Part shown: positions 20,250 to 29,797 of the stretch, one piece after another | How positions within the stretch are numbered: the stretch's first letter is position 1 | Layout of the letters: every line of letters begins with the position of its first letter | Position numbers and translations under genes: made by a program | Notes under the pieces: model-generated | What the model was told of the DNA's origin: nothing | Databases searched by the model: none | Seen by the model: the letters and a program-made list of their open reading frames with translations, nothing else | DNA from: Bdellovibrio sp. | GTDB lineage: Bacteria > Bdellovibrionota > Bdellovibrionia > Bdellovibrionales > Bdellovibrionaceae | Reading direction: 5' to 3' | Assembly (NCBI GenBank): GCA_036676395.1 | Contig: JAKFCY010000002.1 | Coordinates: forward strand, 928,001-992,000 | Length of the DNA: 64,000 bases

Positions 20250-21053
20250 TTAAGTCCGACGTTTTGGCGTAGTCGCTTTTTTACGAACAACTTCTTCTTC
20301 GCCATCTAAATCCACATCGGCATCGTCATTAATCGTTTTATCTTCGATCACTTTGCCGGTTGTTAAAGCTTTTGCAGCTAAATCTTTATGGTAAGCAAAG
20401 ATGACTCCGCCATCTTTAAATAAGTTATTCATTTTTTTAATTAGAGTAGTTGAAACGGCCGGGCAGCCCCAGCTTCTTCCAAGACGGCCTGTTTGATTCA
20501 AGAATTTTTCAGAAACATAAGTTGCACCATGCATAACGATATAACGATTAATCGCATTTTTATTAGAAAGATCGATTCCATGTAAATTTAATGAAGCGCC
20601 GTGGCCGCCATTATAAAGACTGCCGCCAACGTATAACCCTAGCGAAGACATTTTTGACTTATCGACATTTGAAAATTTCGTCGCAAAACGAACGCCTGAA
20701 CCTTTGCCGTGCGCCACGTGATGTTTCGTTAAATCACCAGTTTTGATATTCATAATATATAAACGGCGCACATCTGACGGCAGTGTAAAATCGATAACCG
20801 CAAGCCATTCAGTTTTAACATTGATTTGTCTTGAGCCTGCCGGCTCAGTGCTAGTTCTTTTAGTTGTTACTTTAATGGGTTTTCCGCCATGTTCATTTAA
20901 AAAATCAAACGTGCGTTTTAAGGCTGCAGCCGGTACACCTTTTTTAACAAATAAGTTAAAAACTGGTTCATCTTTGATTTTAAGGCTGTAAAAATCAGTC
21001 GCAAAGCAATTGAAGCTAAAAAGTATAACTGCGATAAAACTTAGTCTTTGCAT
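20250..21053 (-). CDS. murein L,D-transpeptidase catalytic-domain protein (YkuD_2 type)
   Basis: IDFTLPS, VAHGKGS, SSLG, IVMHGA, GRSWGCPA. Confidence 0.9.
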   Translation of the reverse strand: MQRLSFIAVILFSFNCFATDFYSLKIKDEPVFNLFVKKGVPAAALKRTFDFLNEHGGKPIKVTTKRTSTEPAGSRQINVKTEWLAVIDFTLPSDVRRLYIMNIKTGDLTKHHVAHGKGSGVRFATKFSNVDKSKMSSLGLYVGGSLYNGGHGASLNLHGIDLSNKNAINRYIVMHGATYVSEKFLNQTGRLGRSWGCPAVSTTLIKKMNNLFKDGGVIFAYHKDLAAKALTTGKVIEDKTINDDADVDLDGEEEVVRKKATTPKRRT

Positions 21054-21091
21054 AAACGTTCCTTTGACTTAAAAGATTTCAAACAGGTTAG

Positions 21092-21109
21092 TAGCTAGAA
21101 GTGTACCTA
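21092..21109 (-). promoter_or_regulatory. possible sigma54 -24/-12 promoter for the L,D-transpeptidase
   Basis: Minus strand TAGGTACACTTCTAGCT gives GG-N10-GC about 40 bp upstream of the start. Confidence 0.4.
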
Positions 21110-21351
21110 GCTGAAGAGTTGTTTAATTCGAGTAGCCCACTAAAACTGTCCAGTTCGTAGACACTTAAGCGCTCTTAGGCGCACCAAAAATGGCACTTAA
21201 GTGTTCAGATTTAGACGTTTTTTTGCTTAGATTACTTGCATTAAAATAGCCCTAAGCTCTCCTAATTAGCACAGTATAGAAAAGTCATTATTAGCTGGCA
21301 ATTAGTGCGGTCTTTAAGCATTATGAGCGCTTATTAAATAAAGAGGCACAT

Positions 21352-21789
21352 ATGAAATCAATTACTGAATTCCAACCAACTACATTACAAAAAGTTTTAG
21401 CAGCTAAAAATACTTTAACTGCTGAAGGCAAAACTGCTGAAGAAATTTCTGCAGCTATTGGCGAAACTTTTAAATATGAAGGTGATAAAATTAAATACGC
21501 TCTAGCGGCTGCTGAATTAGCAAAAGATCAAACTTCTATTCGCCGTGTATTAGTAGCTACTTTTGGTGAAGGTGAAAAACCAGCTCCACAATACCAACAA
21601 GTTGAAGACACTTATTACAAAGTTGAAACTTTCAATGCTGCACCAGTTGCTCGCGCTGAAAAAGTTGATCCACGCAATGCTCGTCGCGGTGGTGGCGGTA
21701 AAAAAGAAGGCGGCCCTAAAGGTTCTCCGTGGGGTATGACTCCTGAAGAAAAAGCAGCTAAAAATAAACCAGCTGCTCCAAAAGCTTAA
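21352..21789 (+). CDS. hypothetical, probably highly expressed K/A-rich protein
   Basis: Strongly biased codons (GCT, AAA, GAA, GGT), GAGG RBS, own terminator. Confidence 0.8.
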   Translation: MKSITEFQPTTLQKVLAAKNTLTAEGKTAEEISAAIGETFKYEGDKIKYALAAAELAKDQTSIRRVLVATFGEGEKPAPQYQQVEDTYYKVETFNAAPVARAEKVDPRNARRGGGGKKEGGPKGSPWGMTPEEKAAKNKPAAPKA

Positions 21790-21813
21790 TTTTAAAAAAC
21801 AGTTTTTTAATCG

Positions 21814-21845
21814 AAATGAGTGTGAAAGCACTCATTTTTGTTTTT
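21814..21845 (+). terminator. intrinsic terminator
   Basis: AAATGAGTGT-GAAA-GCACTCATTT hairpin followed by a T tract. Confidence 0.8.
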
Positions 21846-21859
21846 GTGGATAACTACTT

Positions 21860-22414
21860 ATGGATACTCCTGCAGAAAAACCAGTATTTAATTTTCTATC
21901 TTTTCCTGGAACAATTCATTTAATCGCGAATGATCAACAGTTGCAGGCTGTCGCTACTGACTTAGTCGCGGCCAAAGAACTTGGTTTTGATACCGAGACC
22001 AGACCCAGCTTCAAAAAGGGTGAAGTGCATAATGTAGCGATGCTACAGCTATCAACTGACACCGACGCTTACATCATTCGCTTCGGCCACATCTCGAATT
22101 TTCAGGTGCTTATCAATATTTTTGAAAACCCGGCCGTTGTTAAAGTCGGTGTGGCTATTCGTGATGACTTAAAGCAATTGCAAAAAAGATTTCAGTTTGT
22201 ACCCCAAAATTTTATCGAGCTGCAAAATGTAGCGAAGATTAAAGGTCTAAAAAATATGGGCTTGAAGGGTATGACTGAAGAAGTCTTGCACGCCACTATT
22301 TCAAAAGGGCCAAAAACCACAAACTGGGAATTGCCGATCTTATCAGAACGACAAATCAAATACGCGGCTACTGATGCCTGGATCGGGCTTACACTTTTTC
22401 AGAAACTAAAATAG
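21860..22414 (+). CDS. DEDDy 3'-5' exonuclease (RNase D/WRN-exo-like)
   Basis: GFDTETRP, TNWE, YAATDAW. Confidence 0.9.
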   Translation: MDTPAEKPVFNFLSFPGTIHLIANDQQLQAVATDLVAAKELGFDTETRPSFKKGEVHNVAMLQLSTDTDAYIIRFGHISNFQVLINIFENPAVVKVGVAIRDDLKQLQKRFQFVPQNFIELQNVAKIKGLKNMGLKGMTEEVLHATISKGPKTTNWELPILSERQIKYAATDAWIGLTLFQKLK

Positions 22415-22418
22415 TTTA

Positions 22419-23942
22419 ATGAACTTTTTAAGATTATCAGACATTTTACTTTCAGTTTTATTCGAAGACGAAGATATTCTGGCGATTGATAAAGCTTACG
22501 GTTTTAATGCCCACACCAACGATTCAAAAATTGAGCATTCTGATTTTATTCAAGATGGCCTGATCGAGATCTATGAAAAACAATTAGGTCGTAAATTACA
22601 TATCATTCACAGACTTGACCAAACTACGACCGGTGTCATGATTTTTGGAAAATCTGTCGAGTCCGCAAAAAAATACGCCGAATATTTTTTTAATCGTGCA
22701 GTTAAAAAAACTTACCTGTTTGTGACTAAAAATAAATCTGAAAAAAAATCTTTTGCGATTAACCAGCAGATTATTCACAAAGCAAAAGAACTAGATGCAG
22801 AAACTGATTTGAAATTTGTAAAAAAATCGGCCAACTTTGAATTATGGCAAGCCAATCCTCATACAGGGCGCAATCATCAGATTCGCATTCATGCAAAAGC
22901 CGCAGGGTTGTCTATCTTAGGTGATAGTAAATATGACGGTCATAATTATTCTTTTTTATGTTTGCACAACTGTCGTATCGAATTTCCAAACGGGATTGTG
23001 ATCTTATCTAAGATGCCAGCGTACTTCGAAGATTTATCTATATTAGATGATGTTGTGCTTGCGCGGGCGTACTTTGAAGCTGATCGAAGGCTTCGTTTAT
23101 TTGCTAAAGCGGGTAATGATCAGTGTTATCGTCTAAGTCATGGTGATTCAGATTTTACGATTGATCAGTTCGGTGAAACGGTCGTATTGACGTGGTTAAA
23201 AGAACGCTGGACAAGTGCTGACTCAGAAAAATTCACAAAGTTTGCCCATACATTGGGTAAGCAGCTGATCGTGCAAAAGGTGCATTCAGAAACTAAAACG
23301 GCAACCTGGGTTGCGGCTGAAGGTGCAGTTAACTATGAATTGCGTAGTGATGCTGGCCAAGTCAGTGGTTTATTTTTAAATCAACGACTTCAGCGCAACT
23401 GGATCGTGAATAATTCTGAAAACAAATCAGTCTTAAATCTTTTTTCACAAACTGCCACTGGCAGCGTAGCAGCAGCAGTGGGTAAAGCAATTCAGGTAAC
23501 CTCGGTAGAGACCAGTAAAAAATATTTAGAGTGGGCTAAGAAAAATTTTGAATTAAATCAATTAACGGGTGAAGCCTATAAATTTTTATATCGAGATAGC
23601 TTAACCTTTCTGGATCAGTGCAAGACTAAAGGTCATACTTTTGATTTAATTATTTGTGATGCCCCGGGATTTTTTCGCCGCGAAAAAGGTGTTTTTAAAA
23701 TTGAAAACAATCTTGAAGATTTAATTAAAAGCAGTCTGCGATGCCTATCAGGCAAGGGACAAATTCTTTTTTCAACTAGTTTTGATGCGTTATTTATCGA
23801 TGATATTCGTAAAACGATCGTCAAAGTTCAAAAAGAGTTAAAAATAGATAAACTTGAAATTAATTGTATTTTGCCTTCGTTAGATTATGAGTTGCCTGAT
23901 GAAAAAGTTGGGTTAAAATCATTCTTAATATGCAAAAACTAA
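22419..23942 (+). CDS. fusion of RluA-family pseudouridine synthase and RlmI/RlmK-like SAM methyltransferase
   Basis: N-terminal HRLDQTTTG and TGRNHQIR; C-terminal GLFLNQR, VLNLFS, FDLIICDAP. Confidence 0.85.
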   Translation: MNFLRLSDILLSVLFEDEDILAIDKAYGFNAHTNDSKIEHSDFIQDGLIEIYEKQLGRKLHIIHRLDQTTTGVMIFGKSVESAKKYAEYFFNRAVKKTYLFVTKNKSEKKSFAINQQIIHKAKELDAETDLKFVKKSANFELWQANPHTGRNHQIRIHAKAAGLSILGDSKYDGHNYSFLCLHNCRIEFPNGIVILSKMPAYFEDLSILDDVVLARAYFEADRRLRLFAKAGNDQCYRLSHGDSDFTIDQFGETVVLTWLKERWTSADSEKFTKFAHTLGKQLIVQKVHSETKTATWVAAEGAVNYELRSDAGQVSGLFLNQRLQRNWIVNNSENKSVLNLFSQTATGSVAAAVGKAIQVTSVETSKKYLEWAKKNFELNQLTGEAYKFLYRDSLTFLDQCKTKGHTFDLIICDAPGFFRREKGVFKIENNLEDLIKSSLRCLSGKGQILFSTSFDALFIDDIRKTIVKVQKELKIDKLEINCILPSLDYELPDEKVGLKSFLICKN

Positions 23943-24349
23943 TATTAGCTACGATTTTATTATTTAACATGCCCTTATTCGCACAATCTTTTGAAGCAGG
24001 GCTTTGGAAGTCTAAAGAAAGTCTTGAATTGAATGGTATACCACTTCCATCATCAAGCGATGAAGAGTGTATCACAAAGGCTCAGGCAAAAGACGCTAAG
24101 GCAACCATAGCCAAAGAATTAAAGAAAAAAGGCTGTGCATTAACCAAATGGGTTTTAAAAAATAAAAAATTAGACGCCAGCATTAGATGTAATAATGACG
24201 ACATGGATGCGACAGGAAGCCTGAGTGGTCCATTCACCAGTACAAGTTATGAACTGACTGGTGAAGCTAAAGGCACCTACAAACAGTTGCTTCCTGCTGT
24301 CGCTGCGTTAAAATTATCTGGGCAGCGTGTTTCTGGCTGTGCGAAGTAA
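23930..24349 (+). CDS. DUF3617-like secreted protein
   Basis: Signal peptide, AGLW, CIT, C-terminal GQRVSGC. Confidence 0.7.
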   Translation: MQKLILATILLFNMPLFAQSFEAGLWKSKESLELNGIPLPSSSDEECITKAQAKDAKATIAKELKKKGCALTKWVLKNKKLDASIRCNNDDMDATGSLSGPFTSTSYELTGEAKGTYKQLLPAVAALKLSGQRVSGCAK

Positions 24350-25156
24350 ATACTGCAGGTTTGTGCGGGCTTCGAGTGAAGCGGGATAAAGTTTGATGGC
24401 TGTTTGTAAAGTGCGAACGGCCGACGAATGATCGCCTAAGTTGTAATACACATTGGCTAAACCAATCAATGCGATTAAACTATTTGGCCAATTGCCTAAT
24501 ATTCCTAAATAAGCCCGTTTTGCGGCTTCAAGATTTTCCATGTTTTCTAAGGCGACAGCAGCGCGCAGATGAGTGATTTCATCGCTACTAGCTGAAACTT
24601 CTCCGGGTGGCAGCACTACGAGCGCCCAATAGTTTGTTAACTTCCATGATAGTTCAAATTCAGCCATATCCATAAATTGATTTGGCTGTGGGCCCGAGTG
24701 CATGACTAAGGTTTTATTTTGTAAATCGTAACCTATGACTAAAGCGTAATGCCATTGCGGTATCCAACTGATACCTAAATTTTCGAAAACAATCACGACA
24801 TGACCAGCATCAAGTTCTTTAAGGATGGCCGCAAAACCTGTAATAGGAATTGCCAGATAACCTTGGCGTCTAGCTGCTGAAATCATACTTTCTTGTAAAC
24901 TGCCCTTGGCCTTCGGCGAATAAACTTGCGAGGTGATTTCGTCGGTGTTGTAGGAATTGCCGGTGGCCGCAATAGCCATAGCCAGAGTCGCCGGGCCACA
25001 GTGACCAACGTTTTGTTCGATGTATGGCGCGATGTTGTTTACACTGAGCTTTAAGCTTGTTGTAGAGCGAGATAAAGCATCTGTTTGAACCGTTGAAGAT
25101 GCGCAGCCCGCAAGGCAAGCTGCGCACCATAAAAGAATTAACTTAAAATTAATCAT
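24314..25156 (-). CDS. PA2778-family C39-like cysteine peptidase lipoprotein with TPR
   Basis: Lipobox LAGC, HCGPATLAM, WHYALVIGYD, C-terminal TPR. Confidence 0.88.
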   Translation of the reverse strand: MINFKLILLWCAACLAGCASSTVQTDALSRSTTSLKLSVNNIAPYIEQNVGHCGPATLAMAIAATGNSYNTDEITSQVYSPKAKGSLQESMISAARRQGYLAIPITGFAAILKELDAGHVVIVFENLGISWIPQWHYALVIGYDLQNKTLVMHSGPQPNQFMDMAEFELSWKLTNYWALVVLPPGEVSASSDEITHLRAAVALENMENLEAAKRAYLGILGNWPNSLIALIGLANVYYNLGDHSSAVRTLQTAIKLYPASLEARTNLQYLLRTARNTLPR

Positions 25157-25524
25157 ATGCGTTTTACTAAATAAATAATCAGAACAATTAACAAGACAGT
25201 GACTAAAATGTCTCCCCCGTATTGGGCCTTGTCTATTTGCCCAGATAGATTTTGCAATTCGATATCTGATAACGAAGCAATTCTGGCTTTAGCTTCAGCT
25301 AAACTAACACCTTGCTCGATCAGTTTTTGTTCGATCTGTTGTTGATTTAGGTATGAGGCTACTTTTTCTTGTGTAGCTTTGCGGTCATAATTGGCAAGCA
25401 CATCGGCTGTCGAAATCATTTTTCTGGCTTGCACAGTTTCAGCAAAAACCACTTGCGGTAAATGCGAAAGCGACAGTGATAGAAAACCGGCTGTGAAAAA
25501 GCGAACGCGATTGTTGAATTGCAT
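25153..25524 (-). CDS. PA2779-family protein
   Basis: GVS..EAKARIASLSDIEL followed by GG and a C-terminal TM; coupled to the peptidase. Confidence 0.85.
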   Translation of the reverse strand: MQFNNRVRFFTAGFLSLSLSHLPQVVFAETVQARKMISTADVLANYDRKATQEKVASYLNQQQIEQKLIEQGVSLAEAKARIASLSDIELQNLSGQIDKAQYGGDILVTVLLIVLIIYLVKRI

Positions 25525-25656
25525 AAGGACTCCTTTATACGTCTTAAATTATGCGAGCAATAGTTGATGTTTAGATCAAGCGGGTTTGAAGAAACTGCAA
25601 TATGGTATTTTTGATGAAGCTATGGTTAAATAATACTGTTTTAAAAGGAGATTTTT

Positions 25657-26178
25657 ATGAGCATGGATAGATTTACGCTTTGTCTTTGGTTTAACAATGA
25701 GGCTGTCGATGCCGCAAAATTTTACACCTCGATTTTTAAAGACGGTAAAATCGGTAAGACTCGCTATTACGGTAAAGAAGGTTTTGAATTTCACCAACAG
25801 CCTGAAGGTGCCGTGATGACCGTAGACTTTTTTTGCAATGGTTTGCATTTTCAGGCCTTAAATGGCGGTCCACTTTTTAAATTCAACGAAGCCATGTCTT
25901 TAGTGATTACCTGCGATTCGCAGAAAGAAATCGATTATTACTGGGAAAAGCTTACGGGTAATGGCGGTAATGAAGTTCAGTGTGGCTGGCTTAAAGATAA
26001 ATTTGGCCTTTCTTGGCAAGTTGTACCTAAGCAATTCGAAGAAATGATGGATAGTGAAAATAAAGCCGGAGCAGAGCGCGCCATGAATGCGATGTTCACA
26101 ATGAAAAAATTTGACATTGAAAAGCTTGAAGGTGCTTTTAACGATCACGAATCAACGATCAAAACAGGCGAGCAATAA
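25657..26178 (+). CDS. VOC/PhnB-like (3-dmu-9_3-mt) protein
   Basis: CLWF, ALNGGP, CGWLKDKFGLSWQVVP. Confidence 0.9.
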   Translation: MSMDRFTLCLWFNNEAVDAAKFYTSIFKDGKIGKTRYYGKEGFEFHQQPEGAVMTVDFFCNGLHFQALNGGPLFKFNEAMSLVITCDSQKEIDYYWEKLTGNGGNEVQCGWLKDKFGLSWQVVPKQFEEMMDSENKAGAERAMNAMFTMKKFDIEKLEGAFNDHESTIKTGEQ

Positions 26179-26233
26179 AAATGCAAAACGTGATCCAAAG
26201 AAACATATGGGTAAAGATTCTGGTTTCAACCTG

Positions 26234-26881
26234 ATGAAGAAGTCAGGATTTATTTTTTTTATGGTAGCCCTTCAGTTGCACGCGGGCCCTTCACGGTCTG
26301 AATGCCCTGATGGTTATAGTGATGTCTCACTAAAAAAAAACAACTGGATAAATCAATACCCCAACTCGGGTAAAGTCAGTTTTAAAGAAAAGAAAAACAT
26401 AATTTCGATGGTGCCAAAAGTGGCTCTCGCTTCTGCAGCCACACACGCAAGTCTTGTGCTTTCAAAGTTTGATATTAAGTCAGAAAATTTCGATATTATT
26501 GTCGATTATAAAAACGATCGCGCCTTAAGAGGAAAAGATCCCAATCCTTGGGAGGTGTTTTGGCTGTTTTTTAATTATGTGCCGGGGCTACATCATACTA
26601 AGACTACAAATTACGTCATAGCCAAACCGAACGGTCTTGAAGTAGGCCGAGCCGCGAAAGAAATTGATCAAGTCTATGTGAAAACCAGCGAACTAGTGTC
26701 GGCCAAATTTAATCAATGGCACCGCTTACGCGTGCAAAAGCAGAGTGGAATCGTTAAATTTTACTTTGATGAGATTTATATTTTTGAAGTAGCGACTGCG
26801 GTGCTTTTCACAGCCCCTGGGCGAATTGGTCTCTATTCTGAAGATGCCGCTGTAACTGTCAAAAGAGTTTGCCTAAAATAA
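26234..26881 (+). CDS. secreted concanavalin-like/DUF1080-like beta-sandwich protein
   Basis: Likely start ATG at 26234; NQWHRLRV and GRIGLYSED motifs. Confidence 0.55.
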   Translation: MKKSGFIFFMVALQLHAGPSRSECPDGYSDVSLKKNNWINQYPNSGKVSFKEKKNIISMVPKVALASAATHASLVLSKFDIKSENFDIIVDYKNDRALRGKDPNPWEVFWLFFNYVPGLHHTKTTNYVIAKPNGLEVGRAAKEIDQVYVKTSELVSAKFNQWHRLRVQKQSGIVKFYFDEIYIFEVATAVLFTAPGRIGLYSEDAAVTVKRVCLK

Positions 26882-26903
26882 AAACTGCCAATATGCTTTA
26901 ATT

Positions 26904-28223
26904 ATGACATCAAATAATTCTGAACAATTAGTGCGTCGTATTACACTCATTTCTCTGGTTTTTTACGGCATCGGAGATATTTTAGGGGCTGGAATTTATG
27001 GTCTGGTTGGAAAAGCCGCGGGCATCATGGGCAATGGTGTTTGGTTAGCATTTTTAATCAGTGCGGCGGCCGCGATCTTTACTGGATTAACTTACGCATC
27101 TCTTGGTTCACGGTATCCACGCGCGGCGGGGATTGCTTATATTCTTAAAAAATCTTTTGGTTCAAATTTTTTAGCCTATGTTTTTGGAATCGTGGTTTTA
27201 TGTTCAGGTCTGGTTTCAATGGCCACGGCAAGCCGGGCATTTTCTGGATACCTATCAGGAATGCTGCCATTTCTTTCGTTGAATATGGGCATTTTAGTTT
27301 TTATGGCCCTGTTAACTTTAATTGTGCTTAAAGGAATTAAAGAATCCATGTGGGCCAATATTGTTTGTACGGTCATTGAACTTTCAGGCTTATTACTGGT
27401 TATCGTTGTCGGTATTTCTTTTATTGGTGATGTTCCGCTTATGGATTTTACTTCTGAAAAAAATCCGACACCGCAATTGCAAATGCCCTTGATGCTAACC
27501 GGGGCTATTTTAACTTTTTATTCTTTCATGGGTTTTGAAGATATTATGAATGTGGCTGAAGAAGTTGAAAATCCACAGCGCAATTTGCCGATCGGGATCA
27601 TTGTCGCAGTTCTTGTGTCTTCTGTAATATATATGCTTATTAGTGTTATTGCAGTCTCTGTGATTCCGGCACACGAGTTAGCAAAAAGTACGCAACCGCT
27701 CGTGGATGTTGTTGCTAAAGCAGCGCCTTGGTTTCCAACTAAGTTATTCAGTATTATTTCAATGTTTGCCATTGCTAATACGGCTTTACTTAATTTTATT
27801 ATGGGTTCACGTTTAGTTTACGGCATGTCGCGCGAAAAACTTTTGCCCAAAGTACTAGGTTATGTCTCAGCAAAAACCCACACGCCGGTCATAGCGATTT
27901 TTTTGTGTATTTTTATTGTGTTATTTATGGCGTTCACTGGTGAAATTGCAATTCTTGCTAAATCTTCAAGCCTGTTGTTATTAACCGGTTTTTTTATGAT
28001 GAACATCAGTTTGATTATTCTTAAAAAAAGAAAGTCAGAAGAAAAAGGCCGCTTTGAAATTCCGTATTTTATACCAGTGCTTGGAGCTATTTTAGCGATT
28101 ACACTCATTTTTTCTGCAACCTTTGAAGAAGCGAAGCGGGCCATGGGCGTGTTTGCAGTCTCTTGTATTTTATATTTCGTTGTTCGGCCTAAGGCTGAAG
28201 CCATTGATAAAATGCAGGGTTAG
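26904..28223 (+). CDS. APC-family amino-acid permease
   Basis: GDILGAGIY, FMGFED, AEEVENP; about 12 TM. Confidence 0.92.
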   Translation: MTSNNSEQLVRRITLISLVFYGIGDILGAGIYGLVGKAAGIMGNGVWLAFLISAAAAIFTGLTYASLGSRYPRAAGIAYILKKSFGSNFLAYVFGIVVLCSGLVSMATASRAFSGYLSGMLPFLSLNMGILVFMALLTLIVLKGIKESMWANIVCTVIELSGLLLVIVVGISFIGDVPLMDFTSEKNPTPQLQMPLMLTGAILTFYSFMGFEDIMNVAEEVENPQRNLPIGIIVAVLVSSVIYMLISVIAVSVIPAHELAKSTQPLVDVVAKAAPWFPTKLFSIISMFAIANTALLNFIMGSRLVYGMSREKLLPKVLGYVSAKTHTPVIAIFLCIFIVLFMAFTGEIAILAKSSSLLLLTGFFMMNISLIILKKRKSEEKGRFEIPYFIPVLGAILAITLIFSATFEEAKRAMGVFAVSCILYFVVRPKAEAIDKMQG

Positions 28224-28251
28224 CCTGGCCGGCCGCACCTGGCCGGTCGCA
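28224..28251. repeat. tandem 14-bp GC-rich repeat
   Basis: CCTGGCCGGCCGCA + CCTGGCCGGTCGCA fills the gap between two convergent stop codons. Confidence 0.85.
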
Positions 28252-28599
28252 CTAGTTACAGATAAATTCAACAAAGTTATACATCGTGGTGCGTGGGCCT
28301 GCGCCACCCACTAAGATCGCACTATGGCCAACGCCAAAGCCTGTGGCAACGCCTGCTGACGAATTACTTTCATCACGAGCCTGATATTCTTTGATGATGG
28401 TGTAATCGCCACCACAGAAATTTGTAGCTTTGTTTTTTAAATCTTGGCGGTATTTGGCTTCGTGTTCTGGCTTGTCGGTCGGGTAGTAGCGAACCACCGC
28501 TTGTTTTTGCGGACTTGTATCGCGACGAACAAATTCAACCGTGTGCGAACAACCGCAAAGAATTAAAAGCGCTGGGGTGATAAAGCTTAAACTTTTCAT
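28252..28599 (-). CDS. small lipoprotein
   Basis: Lipobox LCGC; FCGG...FIC cysteine pair. Confidence 0.75.
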   Translation of the reverse strand: MKSLSFITPALLILCGCSHTVEFVRRDTSPQKQAVVRYYPTDKPEHEAKYRQDLKNKATNFCGGDYTIIKEYQARDESNSSAGVATGFGVGHSAILVGGAGPRTTMYNFVEFICN

Positions 28600-28611
28600 A
28601 CCAAAAGATCG

Positions 28612-28628
28612 AGCAAGATATATTCCAA
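28612..28628 (-). promoter_or_regulatory. sigma54 -24/-12 promoter
   Basis: Minus strand TTGGAATATATCTTGCT gives TGG-N10-GC just upstream of the lipoprotein start. Confidence 0.55.
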
Positions 28629-28660
28629 GCCTGACTTTACCTATTTTGCCCCGTTATCCA

Positions 28661-29635
28661 TTAATCTTGTACGCAGTAGTATGAATAACCATCTTCTGGG
28701 TTATTCACTTGCGATTTGTGACGAACAGGCGTTGGATTACGTAAGTGCGGCGCATACACGTAGTCACTTTCTAAAGCCCAGATGGCATCGTTAATACTAA
28801 CGCCGCCGTTCCAGTCACCGTAGGCATCAATCATCTCAAGCTCTGTACCTGTTGGTAAACGGCCACCTAAAGTATCACATGCGCGCTCTGCATTTTTAGG
28901 TGAAAATGTTTTTTCGACAGAACCGTTCATAGCACCTAAAAGAGTTAAAGTTTTTTTGCCAATTTTTAAAGTTGACGGAAATTTCGTGCGTTGAAAATCT
29001 TCAAACATACGTGAAGCAATTTGGCTCATCACTGTAGCTGGAGGGCCATGGCCGATGTATGAAGTTTCTGCGCCATCACGGCCAATCATATGTAAAGTTA
29101 CTTGAATATCACCTTGGCAATTTGGCGCTAAGGCATAGGTGCCGTAAGCGATATAATCTAATTTATCCACTAAGCTTTGATCTAAATAACCATCACGTTG
29201 ACCGTTAGCTGCGGCACGCACCACGCTTAAAATATCATTTACGCGGGTAAAACTTAAACGTTGAACGCGCGGGCGAAGATTACGGTAGTAATCGCTAACA
29301 TAAGATTTCAAAGTCGATTCTAAAGTCACTTCCATATATTTGTATTGATTAGCTGCTGCGATATTTTGGTCGTAAAGATTATTAAAGCCTACAAGCATAG
29401 GTAAAACTTCTTTACCTTTGGCGCCAGCACCCATTAAGTCTTTTGCAAGGCCTGTCATTTTATCCATGTAACCAGATCGAGTGGTGCTGTAAGCATCTTT
29501 ATAAACGCAAAGATCGGCACCACGAATAAATGGAATCGTTGGCCAAACGCCGACTTGTTCTTTGGTTTCAGCGGCAAAGCCTGAAAGAGCTGAAAAGGTT
29601 AGGGCAAAAGATAAAGCTAGTGATAGTTTTTTCAT
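28661..29635 (-). CDS. secreted protein with C-terminal C-type-lectin-like (Lcl/DUF1566-like) domain
   Basis: Signal peptide; AERACDTLGGRLPT..EL, IWA, YYCV. Confidence 0.6.
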   Translation of the reverse strand: MKKLSLALSFALTFSALSGFAAETKEQVGVWPTIPFIRGADLCVYKDAYSTTRSGYMDKMTGLAKDLMGAGAKGKEVLPMLVGFNNLYDQNIAAANQYKYMEVTLESTLKSYVSDYYRNLRPRVQRLSFTRVNDILSVVRAAANGQRDGYLDQSLVDKLDYIAYGTYALAPNCQGDIQVTLHMIGRDGAETSYIGHGPPATVMSQIASRMFEDFQRTKFPSTLKIGKKTLTLLGAMNGSVEKTFSPKNAERACDTLGGRLPTGTELEMIDAYGDWNGGVSINDAIWALESDYVYAPHLRNPTPVRHKSQVNNPEDGYSYYCVQD

Positions 29636-29797
29636 GAATCCTCTTACTGCAATTTTTGGTTACTTATAAGCTGAATTTTATTAGGACTACAAGTGGAATT
29701 ACTGTTAAAGATTTAACATCCTGCCGAATAAGGGCCGAGAATCTTAACAAATCTTAAAATAAGGCATTGTTTTGTAGTTAGAGTCAAAATAACCTGT

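Noticed and set aside
29703..29760. Palindrome TGTTAAAGATTTAACA and direct repeat ATCTTAACAA/ATCTTAAAAT as regulator sites
   Set aside because: AT-rich matches in AT-rich DNA, not distinguishable from chance without comparative data.
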